A DNA stretch of 64,000 nt, from the NCBI GenBank assembly GCA_963848295.1, contig CAWKDB010000011.1, positions 384,001 to 448,000 on the forward strand. Direction: 5' to 3'. Below are positions 19,863 through 32,258 of this stretch, piece after piece. Source of the DNA: an uncultured delta proteobacterium. Lineage in GTDB: Bacteria > Myxococcota_A > Polyangia > Haliangiales > Haliangiaceae. A program made the position numbers and the translations under genes. The stretch's first letter is position 1. Every line of letters begins with the position of its first letter. The notes under the pieces are model-generated. The model was not told where the DNA came from and ran no database searches. It saw only the letters and a list, made by a program, of their open reading frames with translations.

Positions 19863-20843
19863 ATGCGATGGTTTGCGTCGTGCTTGATCGTGGCCGCGTG
19901 CGCAAATCCGCCGCCGCCGGTCGAGCCGAGCCAACCCGACCAGGCGGACCCAGACGACGACGCGACCGATCCGGCCCCGGCGCCGGTCGCGCCGCTCTAC
20001 GACCCGACCCATGCCGGGAAGGTCGTGTCGAAGCTGACCGAGTACGCCTTCGACGGCGGCTGGATCGAGTTCGAGATGCGGCGTGACGGCAACCGCGTGT
20101 TCGAGATCGTGTACGACCACTACGCGGTCGCGGTCACGGTCGCGTGGCAATTCGCCGCGCTCGCGAACCTCGAGCCGACCTCGGCGATGTCGGGCGTCGT
20201 CGTGTTGCCGGCGGCGAAGGCGCCGAACGCGCGAGGGGCGCCGGTCGTGATCGCGAGCTACTCGGTGCTCGATCCGACCAAGCCGTATCATCGCGAGCTC
20301 TTGATGCACGCGCGCTGGGGCGACCCGCGCTCGACCCCGACCCGGTACGCCTATCGCCTGCCGTTCCCGACCGGCTCGACGTTCTCGGTGCTGCAGGGAT
20401 TCCATGGCGCGTTCTCGCACCGCGGCTCGAACGAATACGCGGTCGACTTCGACTGTCCTCAGGCGACCCCGGTGCTCGCCGCCCGCGCGGGAACGATCGT
20501 CGCGTCTAACGCAGCCGCGCAGTGGGCTGGGACCACGCCCGAGTTCCTCGACTACCGCCACACGAACTTCGTGATCGTCTTGCACGACGACGGCACGCTC
20601 GGCGAGTACATGCACTTGTCGCCGAGCGGCGTCGAGGTCGTCGCCGGTCAGCGCGTGACTCGCGGCCAGGAGCTCGGCCTGTCCGGCAATACCGGGTTCT
20701 CGACGACGCCCCACCTGCACTTCCAGGTCATGACCGCCGCCGAAGATGGTATCGCGGCTCACTCGTTTCCGTTCGAGATCGCGATCGCACCGGCAACGTA
20801 CGTAGCGCCGGTCCAGGGCAAGTCCTACACCGCGTGGGAGTGA
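19863..20843 (+). CDS. M23-family metallopeptidase lipoprotein
   Basis: SH...AVDF, EYMHL and GNTGFSTTPHLHF; lipobox VAAC. Confidence 0.9.
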   Translation: MRWFASCLIVAACANPPPPVEPSQPDQADPDDDATDPAPAPVAPLYDPTHAGKVVSKLTEYAFDGGWIEFEMRRDGNRVFEIVYDHYAVAVTVAWQFAALANLEPTSAMSGVVVLPAAKAPNARGAPVVIASYSVLDPTKPYHRELLMHARWGDPRSTPTRYAYRLPFPTGSTFSVLQGFHGAFSHRGSNEYAVDFDCPQATPVLAARAGTIVASNAAAQWAGTTPEFLDYRHTNFVIVLHDDGTLGEYMHLSPSGVEVVAGQRVTRGQELGLSGNTGFSTTPHLHFQVMTAAEDGIAAHSFPFEIAIAPATYVAPVQGKSYTAWE

Positions 20844-20856
20844 TAAGCTGTGCGCG

Positions 20857-21765
20857 GTGACGACGTGTCCGATCTGCGCTGAGCGGCCTACCGAGGTCGG
20901 CGTGCTGTGCGAGGAGTGCCGCGATGACCTCGCGAGCCCGATCCGGACCACGCCCGAGCAGATCCAGCTGCGGGTCGGGGACAAGCCGACCGCGGCGGCG
21001 CTCGTCGATCTCTGGGGCCGGCCGCATACGCTCGAGCCCACCGTGCTCGTCGGTCGCCAGATCGACGGCCCGGGGCTCGCGCTGCTCGAACCGTCGGTCT
21101 CGCGCCGCCACGCCGAGCTCAAGTTCGCCAACGGCGCGTGGACGGTGCGCGACTTCGCGTCCGCGAACGGCACGTATGTCGCGGACCAGCTCGTCGAGAA
21201 CGAGGTCGAGACCGTGGTCAAGCCGCGCGATCGCCTGCGGTTCGGTCACATCGCGTTCTACCTGGTGAGCGACATCGCGCTGCTCCCGCCGCCTCGGATC
21301 GGCCGGACCGCGACCCGCACGATCCGTCCGCCGGGCAAGGACGACCCGGCGCCGGCGCCGCCTCCACCGAACGATTTCGCCGACGAGGAAGAGCGCACCG
21401 GCGTCGGGCTGCCGATCATGGCGTTCCAGCTGCACGAACCGACCGGCGGCGGCGGTGGCGTGATCGACGTCGAGGGCAAGCAAGTCCAGCTCACCACCAC
21501 GCAGTTCGAGCTGATGGCGTTGATGATTCGCCGGATGGCGGGCGAGGTGCACCAGCCCGAGCTCGTGCGCGGGTTCGTCCGGTCGTCCGAGCTGATCGCC
21601 GACCTGTCGTGGGATACGCGCGAGCCGAGCGAGAATCACGTCAAGCAGCTCGTTCGCCGCGTCCGGCGCGCACTACTCAAGGCCGACATGGGCGACTTGA
21701 TCGAGTCGCGTCACCGCTTCGGCTATCGACTGCGCGCGATCCCGAAGCCCGATCGCATCGGCTAA
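20857..21765 (+). CDS. Zn-ribbon + FHA domain + OmpR/PhoB-type winged-helix regulator
   Basis: CPIC...CEEC; FHA motifs GR, SRRHA and SANGT; C-terminal LTTTQFELM...VRRVRRAL...IESRHRFGYRL. Confidence 0.8.
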   Translation: MTTCPICAERPTEVGVLCEECRDDLASPIRTTPEQIQLRVGDKPTAAALVDLWGRPHTLEPTVLVGRQIDGPGLALLEPSVSRRHAELKFANGAWTVRDFASANGTYVADQLVENEVETVVKPRDRLRFGHIAFYLVSDIALLPPPRIGRTATRTIRPPGKDDPAPAPPPPNDFADEEERTGVGLPIMAFQLHEPTGGGGGVIDVEGKQVQLTTTQFELMALMIRRMAGEVHQPELVRGFVRSSELIADLSWDTREPSENHVKQLVRRVRRALLKADMGDLIESRHRFGYRLRAIPKPDRIG

Positions 21766-21842
21766 GACTCGCGCCGGTGTCGCGGTGCCGGCGCGGCCGT
21801 GGGCTCCGTGCAGCCCGCGCGGATCTCGCCTATGATGATGCC

Positions 21843-22940
21843 GTGTCGCTCCGCATCGCACCGATGATGCTGCACAGCATCGACGGGAACGGCTGCATCA
21901 CCGAAGTCAGCGACCTGTGGCTTGCCAAGCTCGGCTACACCTGGGACGAGGTGATCGGCCGGCGGTCGGTCGAGTTCCTCACCGAGGACAGCGCGCGCTA
22001 TGCAAGCGACGTGGTCCTACCGATGTTCTTCGAGAGGGGTACGTGCGAGGTCGAGTACGACATGCGGCGCAAGGACGGCACGATCGTGCCGGTGCGCCTC
22101 CACGGCATCGCCGTACGCAACGATCGCGGCGGGTTCGTGCACTCGATCGCGGTCATCGAAGATCTCACCGAGCGCCGTGCCCTCGAAGCGAAGATGTTCG
22201 AGATCCAGAAGACCGAGAGTCTCGGTCTCATGGCCGGGAACATCGCGCACGACTTCAACAATCTACTGACAAGCCTCATCGGCAGTGCTCAGATCGCCGC
22301 TCGCCACGCGGCCCATATCCCCGCCGCGGCGAGCGCGCTCGACAACACGCTGCTCGCCGCAGCGCGGGCAGCCGACCTGTGCAAGCAGCTTCTTGCATAT
22401 TCCGGTCGAGGGCGGTTCGAGACGACCAATATTCAGATCGACGCGCTCGTCGCCGAGATGGCACAGGTGCTCGAAGTCCCGATCGGCACGCGAGCACGCG
22501 TCCGACTCGCACTCGGGGACCACACCGGGCGCGTCGACGCAGATGCGACGCAGATCCGCCAAGTGGTGATGAACCTGGTCCTCAACGCGGCCGAGGCCAT
22601 GGCGACGCCGGGCACGATCACGATTCGCACCGCGCGCGTAGAGCTCGATGCCAACGCGATCGCGGCGAGCTTGCGCCCCGAAGCGACGCCCGGCGCGTAC
22701 ACGAGCATCGCGGTCAGCGATGACGGCTGCGGGATGACGCCCGATGTTCGCGCACGCGTGTTCGAGCCGTTCTTCACGACCAAAGCGGCCGGGCGGGGCC
22801 TCGGACTCGCCGCGACGATCGGGATCGTGCGCGGACACCGTGGCACGCTGACCATCGCGAGCGCGCTCGGCGATGGCACGTGCTTCACCGTCTATCTGCC
22901 GATCGCGGGTCGGCCCGAACTAACTACGCTTCGCGCTTGA
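21843..22940 (+). CDS. Soluble PAS-domain sensor histidine kinase (start may be 21864)
   Basis: PAS/PAC (LGYTWDEVIG, RRKDG); AHDFNNLL H-box; NAAEA, DDGCGM, FFTTK and GRGLGL. Confidence 0.88.
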   Translation: MSLRIAPMMLHSIDGNGCITEVSDLWLAKLGYTWDEVIGRRSVEFLTEDSARYASDVVLPMFFERGTCEVEYDMRRKDGTIVPVRLHGIAVRNDRGGFVHSIAVIEDLTERRALEAKMFEIQKTESLGLMAGNIAHDFNNLLTSLIGSAQIAARHAAHIPAAASALDNTLLAAARAADLCKQLLAYSGRGRFETTNIQIDALVAEMAQVLEVPIGTRARVRLALGDHTGRVDADATQIRQVVMNLVLNAAEAMATPGTITIRTARVELDANAIAASLRPEATPGAYTSIAVSDDGCGMTPDVRARVFEPFFTTKAAGRGLGLAATIGIVRGHRGTLTIASALGDGTCFTVYLPIAGRPELTTLRA

Positions 22941-23409
22941 TCCGCACGTACGACGGCTCGAGCTCGACCGTCGCGGCGAGCTCCTCGAGCAGCGCGCGCA
23001 GCGACTTCATCTTCTTGCCGCCGAGGCGGCTGGCCCAGCGCGCTTCGGTCGCCTGCGCGACGCGCTTGCACTCGGCCGCCCACACCTTGCCCTTCGGGCC
23101 GAGGCGGACGCGCTTGATGACGCCGTGATCCGGGTCGGGGAACCGCTCGACCATCCGCATCTTCTCGAGATCGGCGATCAGGTCGCCCACGGTCTGCTTC
23201 GGCAGGCCCACCGCGGTAACGAGCTCGGACAGCCGAACGCCCTCCGGGCGTATGGCGCCGAGCAGCTGGACATGCGCCGAGCGCAAGGCCGGGAAGCCGA
23301 GACGCTCGAGCCGGCTCGCCACCTGCGACTGGAGGTCGTGCTGGGGAACGTCGAGCAGCGCCCGCAGGTCGCGAGAGCTGATTACAGTCGATCGAGACGT
23401 CTTCGCCAT
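22924..23409 (-). CDS. MarR-family transcriptional regulator
   Basis: RLSELVTAVGLPKQTVGDLIADLE HTH; VERFPDPDHG wing. Confidence 0.8.
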   Translation of the reverse strand: MAKTSRSTVISSRDLRALLDVPQHDLQSQVASRLERLGFPALRSAHVQLLGAIRPEGVRLSELVTAVGLPKQTVGDLIADLEKMRMVERFPDPDHGVIKRVRLGPKGKVWAAECKRVAQATEARWASRLGGKKMKSLRALLEELAATVELEPSYVRIKREA

Positions 23410-23455
23410 GGTCACAGATGCGAACGGTTCGAAGGGAGTCGCGTCATATCAGAGC

Positions 23456-23481
23456 CGAATCTGGATCGGAACCCAGATTCG
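23456..23481. promoter_or_regulatory. Inverted repeat upstream of marR-like gene (possible operator or terminator)
   Basis: CGAATCTGG-N8-CCAGATTCG. Confidence 0.35.
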
Positions 23482-23544
23482 CCCCAAAGTCACGCGACCG
23501 TCGCGCTCCGGATGGCAACGCGCGTACGCGCCGCCACACAAATC

Positions 23545-26712
<3,168 letters not shown>

Positions 26713-26715
26713 GGC

Positions 26716-27798
26716 CTACTCCTGGACCTTCGCACCGTCGACGACCGCGTCCGTGATCGCCGTGACCACCTTGTCGCCCTTCTCGATGCCTTTGACGATC
26801 GAGACGTGGTCCGGGTCCGGCGCTTCCCCGAGCTGGACGATCCGCTCGACGAGCTCGCCCTTGACGACGAGGTATGCGCGATAGCCCTTACCGCCGTTGT
26901 CGGTGACCGCGGTCGCCGGGACGACCGGCAACGGTAGCTCGCCGACGGTCAGCCGCGCCTCGACAAACATCCCCGGCACGAGCTTGGCATTCGCGTCCTT
27001 GCCGAGCGTCGCTTCGACGATCAGCGAGCGGGACGCACCGATCTCGGCACCGATGCGTGTGACCTTCGCTTGATACACCGTGTTCGGCTCCGCGACCGAG
27101 GTAACGAGCACGGTCGCGTCTTGCTTGACGTCGGGCACGGCGGCCTCCGGCACCGACAGGTCGACGTGGAGCGGATCATCGTCGACCAGCGTGAACAGCG
27201 CCTTGCCCGGCTGCACCCATTCGCCGGGCGCCACCATCTTCGCAGCGATCACGCCGTCGAACGGCGCCCGCACGATGCCATCGGACACCGACTTCGCCAT
27301 CATCTCGGTGCGCGCCTGTGCCGCCGCCACCGACTGCAGCGACGACGTGCACTCGGTGTTTTGCTTGTCGAACTCGTCGCGCGTGATCGCGCCCTTGTCG
27401 AGCAGCTGCTTCGTGCGAGCGCATTCCTGCTCGGCGAGCTCCTTCTGAGCGCGTGCCGCGGCGAGGTTCGCCTGCGCCTCGCGAGCCGATAACGCCGCGT
27501 TGCGAACGTCGAGCTGGATTGCCGCATAGCCCTGCTTGACGCGCTGGCCGCGCTCGACGAACACGTTGACGACCTTGCCCTGCGTGTCCGCGGTGACATC
27601 CGAGCGTTGATCCGCGACGACCGTGCCGGTCAGCACGCGCACCTTTGGAGTCGGCAACACCTCGGCGATCGCGGTCGTCACCTTGATCGGCGGCGCCGCC
27701 TTCTTCGTGTTGGCGTCGTCGGTGTCGTCGTTCTTCTTACAACCGCTGATGGTGACGGCAGCAGCGATGATCAGTGCAGTCGTTGAGAACGCTCGCAT
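26716..27798 (-). CDS. RND membrane-fusion (periplasmic adaptor) lipoprotein
   Basis: ISGC lipobox, VRAPFDG, coiled hairpin and LVPGMFV. Confidence 0.92.
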   Translation of the reverse strand: MRAFSTTALIIAAAVTISGCKKNDDTDDANTKKAAPPIKVTTAIAEVLPTPKVRVLTGTVVADQRSDVTADTQGKVVNVFVERGQRVKQGYAAIQLDVRNAALSAREAQANLAAARAQKELAEQECARTKQLLDKGAITRDEFDKQNTECTSSLQSVAAAQARTEMMAKSVSDGIVRAPFDGVIAAKMVAPGEWVQPGKALFTLVDDDPLHVDLSVPEAAVPDVKQDATVLVTSVAEPNTVYQAKVTRIGAEIGASRSLIVEATLGKDANAKLVPGMFVEARLTVGELPLPVVPATAVTDNGGKGYRAYLVVKGELVERIVQLGEAPDPDHVSIVKGIEKGDKVVTAITDAVVDGAKVQE

Positions 27799-27914
27799 GG
27801 CTTGGCCCTTCGATGCATGGCCCCTGCCAGCCGGTGCGCCGGAGAGACCGAGAGGTCCCGCCGGGTTAGGCCGCGGCGGCTGTGTCGGCTTACTTTACAC
27901 GTGTCGGGCGGGAG

Positions 27915-29333
27915 CTACTTCGTCGGACCGGTGTCGTCGCCGAGCGCATGGTTGAGCTGAGCCAGTGCAACCCGGAGATCGACCCGCGCGTTCAGCGCCG
28001 CGATCCGGGCGCGCGTCAGATCGGTCGTCGAGTCGACGAGCTCGACCGCGGTGGCGCGGTCTGCGGCGAGCAGCTCGCGGCGAACGCGATAGCTCTCCTC
28101 GGCCGCCTCCAGTCCCTTCTTCGTCGTCGCGAGCGCATGGACCGCGAGCGCGACCGCTTGTTCGGCGGTGAGGAGCTCGATCCGGGTCCCGCGCAGGAGA
28201 TTCTCGCGGTCGGCGCGCAGCTCGTTCGCCTCGGCGTGGAGCCGCTTCTTGTTCGTCATCGAGTTCAGCGTGTCGCCGAGCGCCCAGGAGATCTGCGCGC
28301 CGAGCACCCACGTGAACGTGAACGTGTCGCTCTGCGGGAAGATGCGCGGGTTCGGGTTCGCATCCTCGATCGTGCCGAACGCCGACAGCTTGGGATACTG
28401 GTTCGCGGTCTCGGCGTCGGTCTGCAGGTCCTTGGCTTCGATCCCGAGCTTCAAGGTCTTGAGATCGAGGCGGTGCTCGACCGCGTGGGTCACGAGATCG
28501 TCGAGCCTGGCCTGGCCCGGCGTCTCGAGCTCGGCGCGAACGTCCTCGCCGAGCGAGAGCTGCTCGTCTTCGCTCGCGCCGATCAGCAGCCGCAGCTGCT
28601 CTTCGCGCAAGGTCGAAACATTGGTCAGCTGATCGACGGTCTGCTCGGCTTCGGCTTCCTGCGATTCGACGCGCAAGAGGTCCGCTTTCGACAGCCGCTG
28701 GACCTCGGCGAGCGCGCGAAACTGGCCGAGCGTCGCCTGCACGTTGACGAGCTGGCGCTTCGCGATCAGCACCTCGAGCCGCGCGCGCAGCCATTCGTAG
28801 TAGGCCAGCCGGGCGTCCTCGCCGGCGCTGACCTCGGCGTCTCGGCGCGACACCTTCGCGACCGCTTCGGCGACGTGAGCCGCATCGACGAGCTTCGGGT
28901 AGCGCAGCACGTAGTCGGAGAGCGGGACCGATAACGTCGCCTGCGAGTCGTAGAGGTGGTTGATGAAAGCGATCTGGAACGTACCGAGCGTCCCGAGCGC
29001 TTCCGAGAACGGCGCGACCGGGGACAGCTTGCTCGCCGCGAGCTTCGCGCTGAGCTGCGGCACGCGCTGGAGCTCGGCCTGCTCGCCCTCCGCGATCGCC
29101 GCGTCGACCTCGGCGATCTTGCGCCTCACGGTTGGCGACGCGGTCCCCGCGCGCGCAGCGGCCTGATCGGCGGTCAGCCCGCCGGCGGTGAACATCGCAT
29201 CGAGCTCCTTCTGGAAATCCGCGAGATCATCGGGGGCAGGCGCGGCGGCAGGAGCGGGTGCCTTGGGCGCGGGCTGCGCGAGCGCGGGGACCGCCAGCGC
29301 CGCACACGCGACAAACGATAGACGAGCGAGCAT
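27915..29333 (-). CDS. TolC-family outer-membrane efflux protein
   Basis: Signal peptide; two helical repeats (PQLS, YPKLS); AEESY...ATAVELVD; first gene of the efflux operon. Confidence 0.85.
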   Translation of the reverse strand: MLARLSFVACAALAVPALAQPAPKAPAPAAAPAPDDLADFQKELDAMFTAGGLTADQAAARAGTASPTVRRKIAEVDAAIAEGEQAELQRVPQLSAKLAASKLSPVAPFSEALGTLGTFQIAFINHLYDSQATLSVPLSDYVLRYPKLVDAAHVAEAVAKVSRRDAEVSAGEDARLAYYEWLRARLEVLIAKRQLVNVQATLGQFRALAEVQRLSKADLLRVESQEAEAEQTVDQLTNVSTLREEQLRLLIGASEDEQLSLGEDVRAELETPGQARLDDLVTHAVEHRLDLKTLKLGIEAKDLQTDAETANQYPKLSAFGTIEDANPNPRIFPQSDTFTFTWVLGAQISWALGDTLNSMTNKKRLHAEANELRADRENLLRGTRIELLTAEQAVALAVHALATTKKGLEAAEESYRVRRELLAADRATAVELVDSTTDLTRARIAALNARVDLRVALAQLNHALGDDTGPTK

Positions 29334-29345
29334 GGGGCCGACCAA

Positions 29346-29361
29346 AGCACCGGCCGTGCCA
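29346..29361 (-). promoter_or_regulatory. sigma54 -24/-12 promoter for efflux operon 1
   Basis: Minus strand TGGCACGGCCGGTGCT = GG-N10-GC; adjacent to an NtrC-type activator. Confidence 0.75.
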
Positions 29362-29423
29362 CGATGCCAGCTTGCGGGCCGAGAGTTTCAGGGGTGATCT
29401 GTCGGCCGGCCTTACAACAGCGT

Positions 29424-29441
29424 GTGACCATCGACGGTCAC
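29424..29441. promoter_or_regulatory. Palindrome, candidate enhancer-binding-protein site
   Basis: GTGACC-ATCGAC-GGTCAC, ~90-105 bp upstream of the predicted sigma54 start site. Confidence 0.45.
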
Positions 29442-29478
29442 GTTTCGTGGATCGCGTGCAAAGCGCTAGACTCACGTG

Positions 29479-30879
29479 ATGGAACGCGACGAGCCGGCTG
29501 GCACGACGTTGGCAGTCGAACCTGGGGTGCGCGAGAATTTCCGACCGTTTGCCGACGCGCTGTGGCGCAAGCAACGCGATCGGTATTTCCTCGACGAGTC
29601 CAAGCCGACGATGAAAGCGACGTTGGTCGCCGGCCTCGCGGTCGAGCTCGCGGTCATCGGCGTGCTCGTCCACGCGGGCTATCCGACCTGGCGGATCCTC
29701 GCGCTCGCGTCGATCTATGTCGCGTTCGCGGTCGGCCATCGCGTGGTCATGCGATTCACGCGCAACGCCCGCCCGCTGTGCGCGTCGCCGAACGTCGAGC
29801 ACGCGTTCATCGCGATGAACGTGCTCGCGCAGGTGTTCGTCGTCGGATCCGCCGCGCTGACCGGCGGCGTGCACTCGCCGTTCGTCCCCGGCACGGTGCT
29901 GCCTGCCATCGTCTCGTTGTTGTTCTTCGGCCCGCAAGCGGTGTCGCGCTGGATGGCGCTCGGCAACGCGCTGCTGATCGTCGCGATGGTCGCGTTGCCG
30001 AGCGACATCACCGGGCCCGCGCTGCCGGGCGCCGAGTACGCGGTCGCGATCTTGATCGGCCTGTGCTGGCACTTGCTGATGCTCCACATGATGGTCGGCA
30101 AGCTGTCGAAGATCGCGAGCCGGACCGGCGAGTCTATGGTGTCGCTGCGCGAGGAGCGGTTCAGCGATGCGTGTGCGCGCCTGCATCGGTTGCAGTCGGT
30201 CGGCGCGAAGGTCGCGCACGAGCTCAAGAACCCGCTCGCCTCGATCAAGGGGCTGTGCCAGCTCGTCTCGCGCGCCCCCGAGGGCGAGCGCACGCAAGAG
30301 CGGCTCGCGGTGGTCGCGTCGGAGATCACGCGGATGGAGACGATCCTGAGCGAGTACCTGTCGTTCTCGCGGCCGCTCGAAGACTTGTCGCCCGAAGCGA
30401 TCGATCTCGCGGCGCTCGCGCGCGAGGTCGTCGATGTGATGTCGGGGCGCGCCGAGCAAGCGGGCGTCCAGCTCGTCGTCGATGGCGAAGCGATGCCGGG
30501 CCACGGCGATCCGCGCCGGCTGAAAGAGGCCCTGATCAACCTGGTCGCGAATGCGATCGAGGCGACGCCGAACGGCGGTACGGTCACGCTCACCTTGCGG
30601 CGCGGGATCAGCGCGGTCACCGTCGAAGTGGCGGACACCGGCCGCGGCATCGCGACCGACGATCTCGAACGTCTCGGGACGCCGTTCTTCACGACCCGGA
30701 GCACCGGCACCGGCCTCGGCGTCACGCTCGCTCTCGGCGTCATCGCCCAACACGGCGGCGAGCTCAAGTACACCAGCACGGTCGGACGAGGCACGAGCGC
30801 TACGATCACGCTGCCGCTCAAGTCGGAGACCAGCCCAGAGCCCTCGACACGCGCAGCGATGGTCGAGGCGCGCGCGTGA
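29479..30879 (+). CDS. Membrane sensor histidine kinase
   Basis: About 6 TM segments; AHELKNPL, NAIEA, DTGRGI, FFTTR and GTGLG. Confidence 0.93.
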   Translation: MERDEPAGTTLAVEPGVRENFRPFADALWRKQRDRYFLDESKPTMKATLVAGLAVELAVIGVLVHAGYPTWRILALASIYVAFAVGHRVVMRFTRNARPLCASPNVEHAFIAMNVLAQVFVVGSAALTGGVHSPFVPGTVLPAIVSLLFFGPQAVSRWMALGNALLIVAMVALPSDITGPALPGAEYAVAILIGLCWHLLMLHMMVGKLSKIASRTGESMVSLREERFSDACARLHRLQSVGAKVAHELKNPLASIKGLCQLVSRAPEGERTQERLAVVASEITRMETILSEYLSFSRPLEDLSPEAIDLAALAREVVDVMSGRAEQAGVQLVVDGEAMPGHGDPRRLKEALINLVANAIEATPNGGTVTLTLRRGISAVTVEVADTGRGIATDDLERLGTPFFTTRSTGTGLGVTLALGVIAQHGGELKYTSTVGRGTSATITLPLKSETSPEPSTRAAMVEARA

Positions 30880-32258
30880 TCCTGCTCGTCGACGACGAGC
30901 CCGGCGTTCTGTTCACGCTGTCCGAAGTCCTCACCGAGCGCGGCCACAAGGTCGTCTCGGCACGGTCGGGTGCCGAGGCGCTCACCAAGTTCGACGACGC
31001 GGACGCCGTGCTCACCGATCTATCGATGCCAGGCATGGATGGTCTCGAGCTGATGGGCCAGCTCGTCGCGCGCGATCCGACGCTGCCGGTCATCTTGCTC
31101 ACCGCGCACGGCTCCGAGCGCGTCGCGGTCGCCGCGATCAAGCAGGGCGCGTACGACTACCTGATCAAGCCGTTCGACATCGACGAGGTCGCGCTCGTGA
31201 TCGAACGCGCGCTCGAGACCCGACGGCTGCGCGTCGACAACCGCCGGCTCGCCGCCGAGCAGACGCTCGGGCGCCGGATCATCGGCGCGAGTCGGCCGAT
31301 GCGGCGGTTGCTCGAGGCGACGAGCCGAGTCGCGTCGCGCGATGTCACCGTGCTCGTGCGCGGCGAGACCGGCACGGGCAAAGAGTTCGTCGCCGAGCTC
31401 CTCCACGCGCAATCCGCGCGCGCGGGCAAGCCGCTCGTTCGGTTCAACTGCGCCGCCCTCCCCGCCGAGCTCGCGGACGCCGAGCTCTTCGGCCACGTCC
31501 GCGGCGCGTTCACCGGCGCGGCGAACAGCCGGCCCGGTTATTTCGCACAAGCGAACAGTGGCACGCTGATCCTCGACGAGGTCGGCGAGCTCCCGCTGTC
31601 GGTGCAAGCCAAGCTGTTGCGCGCGCTGCAAGAAGGCGAGATCCAGCCGGTCGGCTCGGGTCGGATCGAGAAGGTCGACGTCCGCGTCGTCGCGTCGACG
31701 AACCGCGACCTCGCGAGCGAGGCCAAGACCGGTGTGTTCCGCGAAGACCTGTACTACCGGCTCGCGGTCGTCGAGCTCGTCGTGCCGCCGCTGCGCGATC
31801 GCAAGGACGACATCCCGGCGCTCGCCGAAGAGTTCGCGCGGCGCTACGGCGAGCGCTTCGGCCTGGGCTCGATCGCGCTCGATCCCGCGTTGATCGAGGC
31901 GCTCGGCCGCGACGACTGGCCCGGCAACGTGCGCCAGCTCGAGAACACGATCGCGCGGCTCGCGGCGCTTTCGAGCGGCGGCATGATCGGGCTGGCCGAT
32001 CTCGAGCAAGCGACCGGCGATCACGTGTCGGCGCACCCCGACCCCGCGGCCGCCGATTCGACCGACCCTCCGCCCGACGCGCGCAACGGCCCATCGCTCA
32101 AAGAGCAAGTCGAAGCGTTCGAGCGCGGCCTCGTCGCGCGCTCGCTCGACGCGACCGGCGGCAATCAATCCGAGGCCGCGCGCCGGCTCGGCGTCTCGCG
32201 GGTCACGCTGATCGACAAGATGAAGAAGTACGGGCTGTCCAGCAAGACCTCGCGCTAG
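30876..32258 (+). CDS. sigma54-dependent response regulator (NtrC family)
   Basis: Receiver (LLVDDE, TDLSMP), GETGTGKE, GAFTGA and Fis-type HTH; GTGA overlap. Confidence 0.95.
   Translation: MILLVDDEPGVLFTLSEVLTERGHKVVSARSGAEALTKFDDADAVLTDLSMPGMDGLELMGQLVARDPTLPVILLTAHGSERVAVAAIKQGAYDYLIKPFDIDEVALVIERALETRRLRVDNRRLAAEQTLGRRIIGASRPMRRLLEATSRVASRDVTVLVRGETGTGKEFVAELLHAQSARAGKPLVRFNCAALPAELADAELFGHVRGAFTGAANSRPGYFAQANSGTLILDEVGELPLSVQAKLLRALQEGEIQPVGSGRIEKVDVRVVASTNRDLASEAKTGVFREDLYYRLAVVELVVPPLRDRKDDIPALAEEFARRYGERFGLGSIALDPALIEALGRDDWPGNVRQLENTIARLAALSSGGMIGLADLEQATGDHVSAHPDPAAADSTDPPPDARNGPSLKEQVEAFERGLVARSLDATGGNQSEAARRLGVSRVTLIDKMKKYGLSSKTSR

Noticed and set aside
29364..32258. Extended ORF-track starts (964-aa regulator, 856-aa ligase, 1133-aa RND) as fusion proteins
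   Set aside because: The N-terminal extensions overlap neighbouring real genes and lack motifs; internal starts, often coupled to the upstream stop, fit better.
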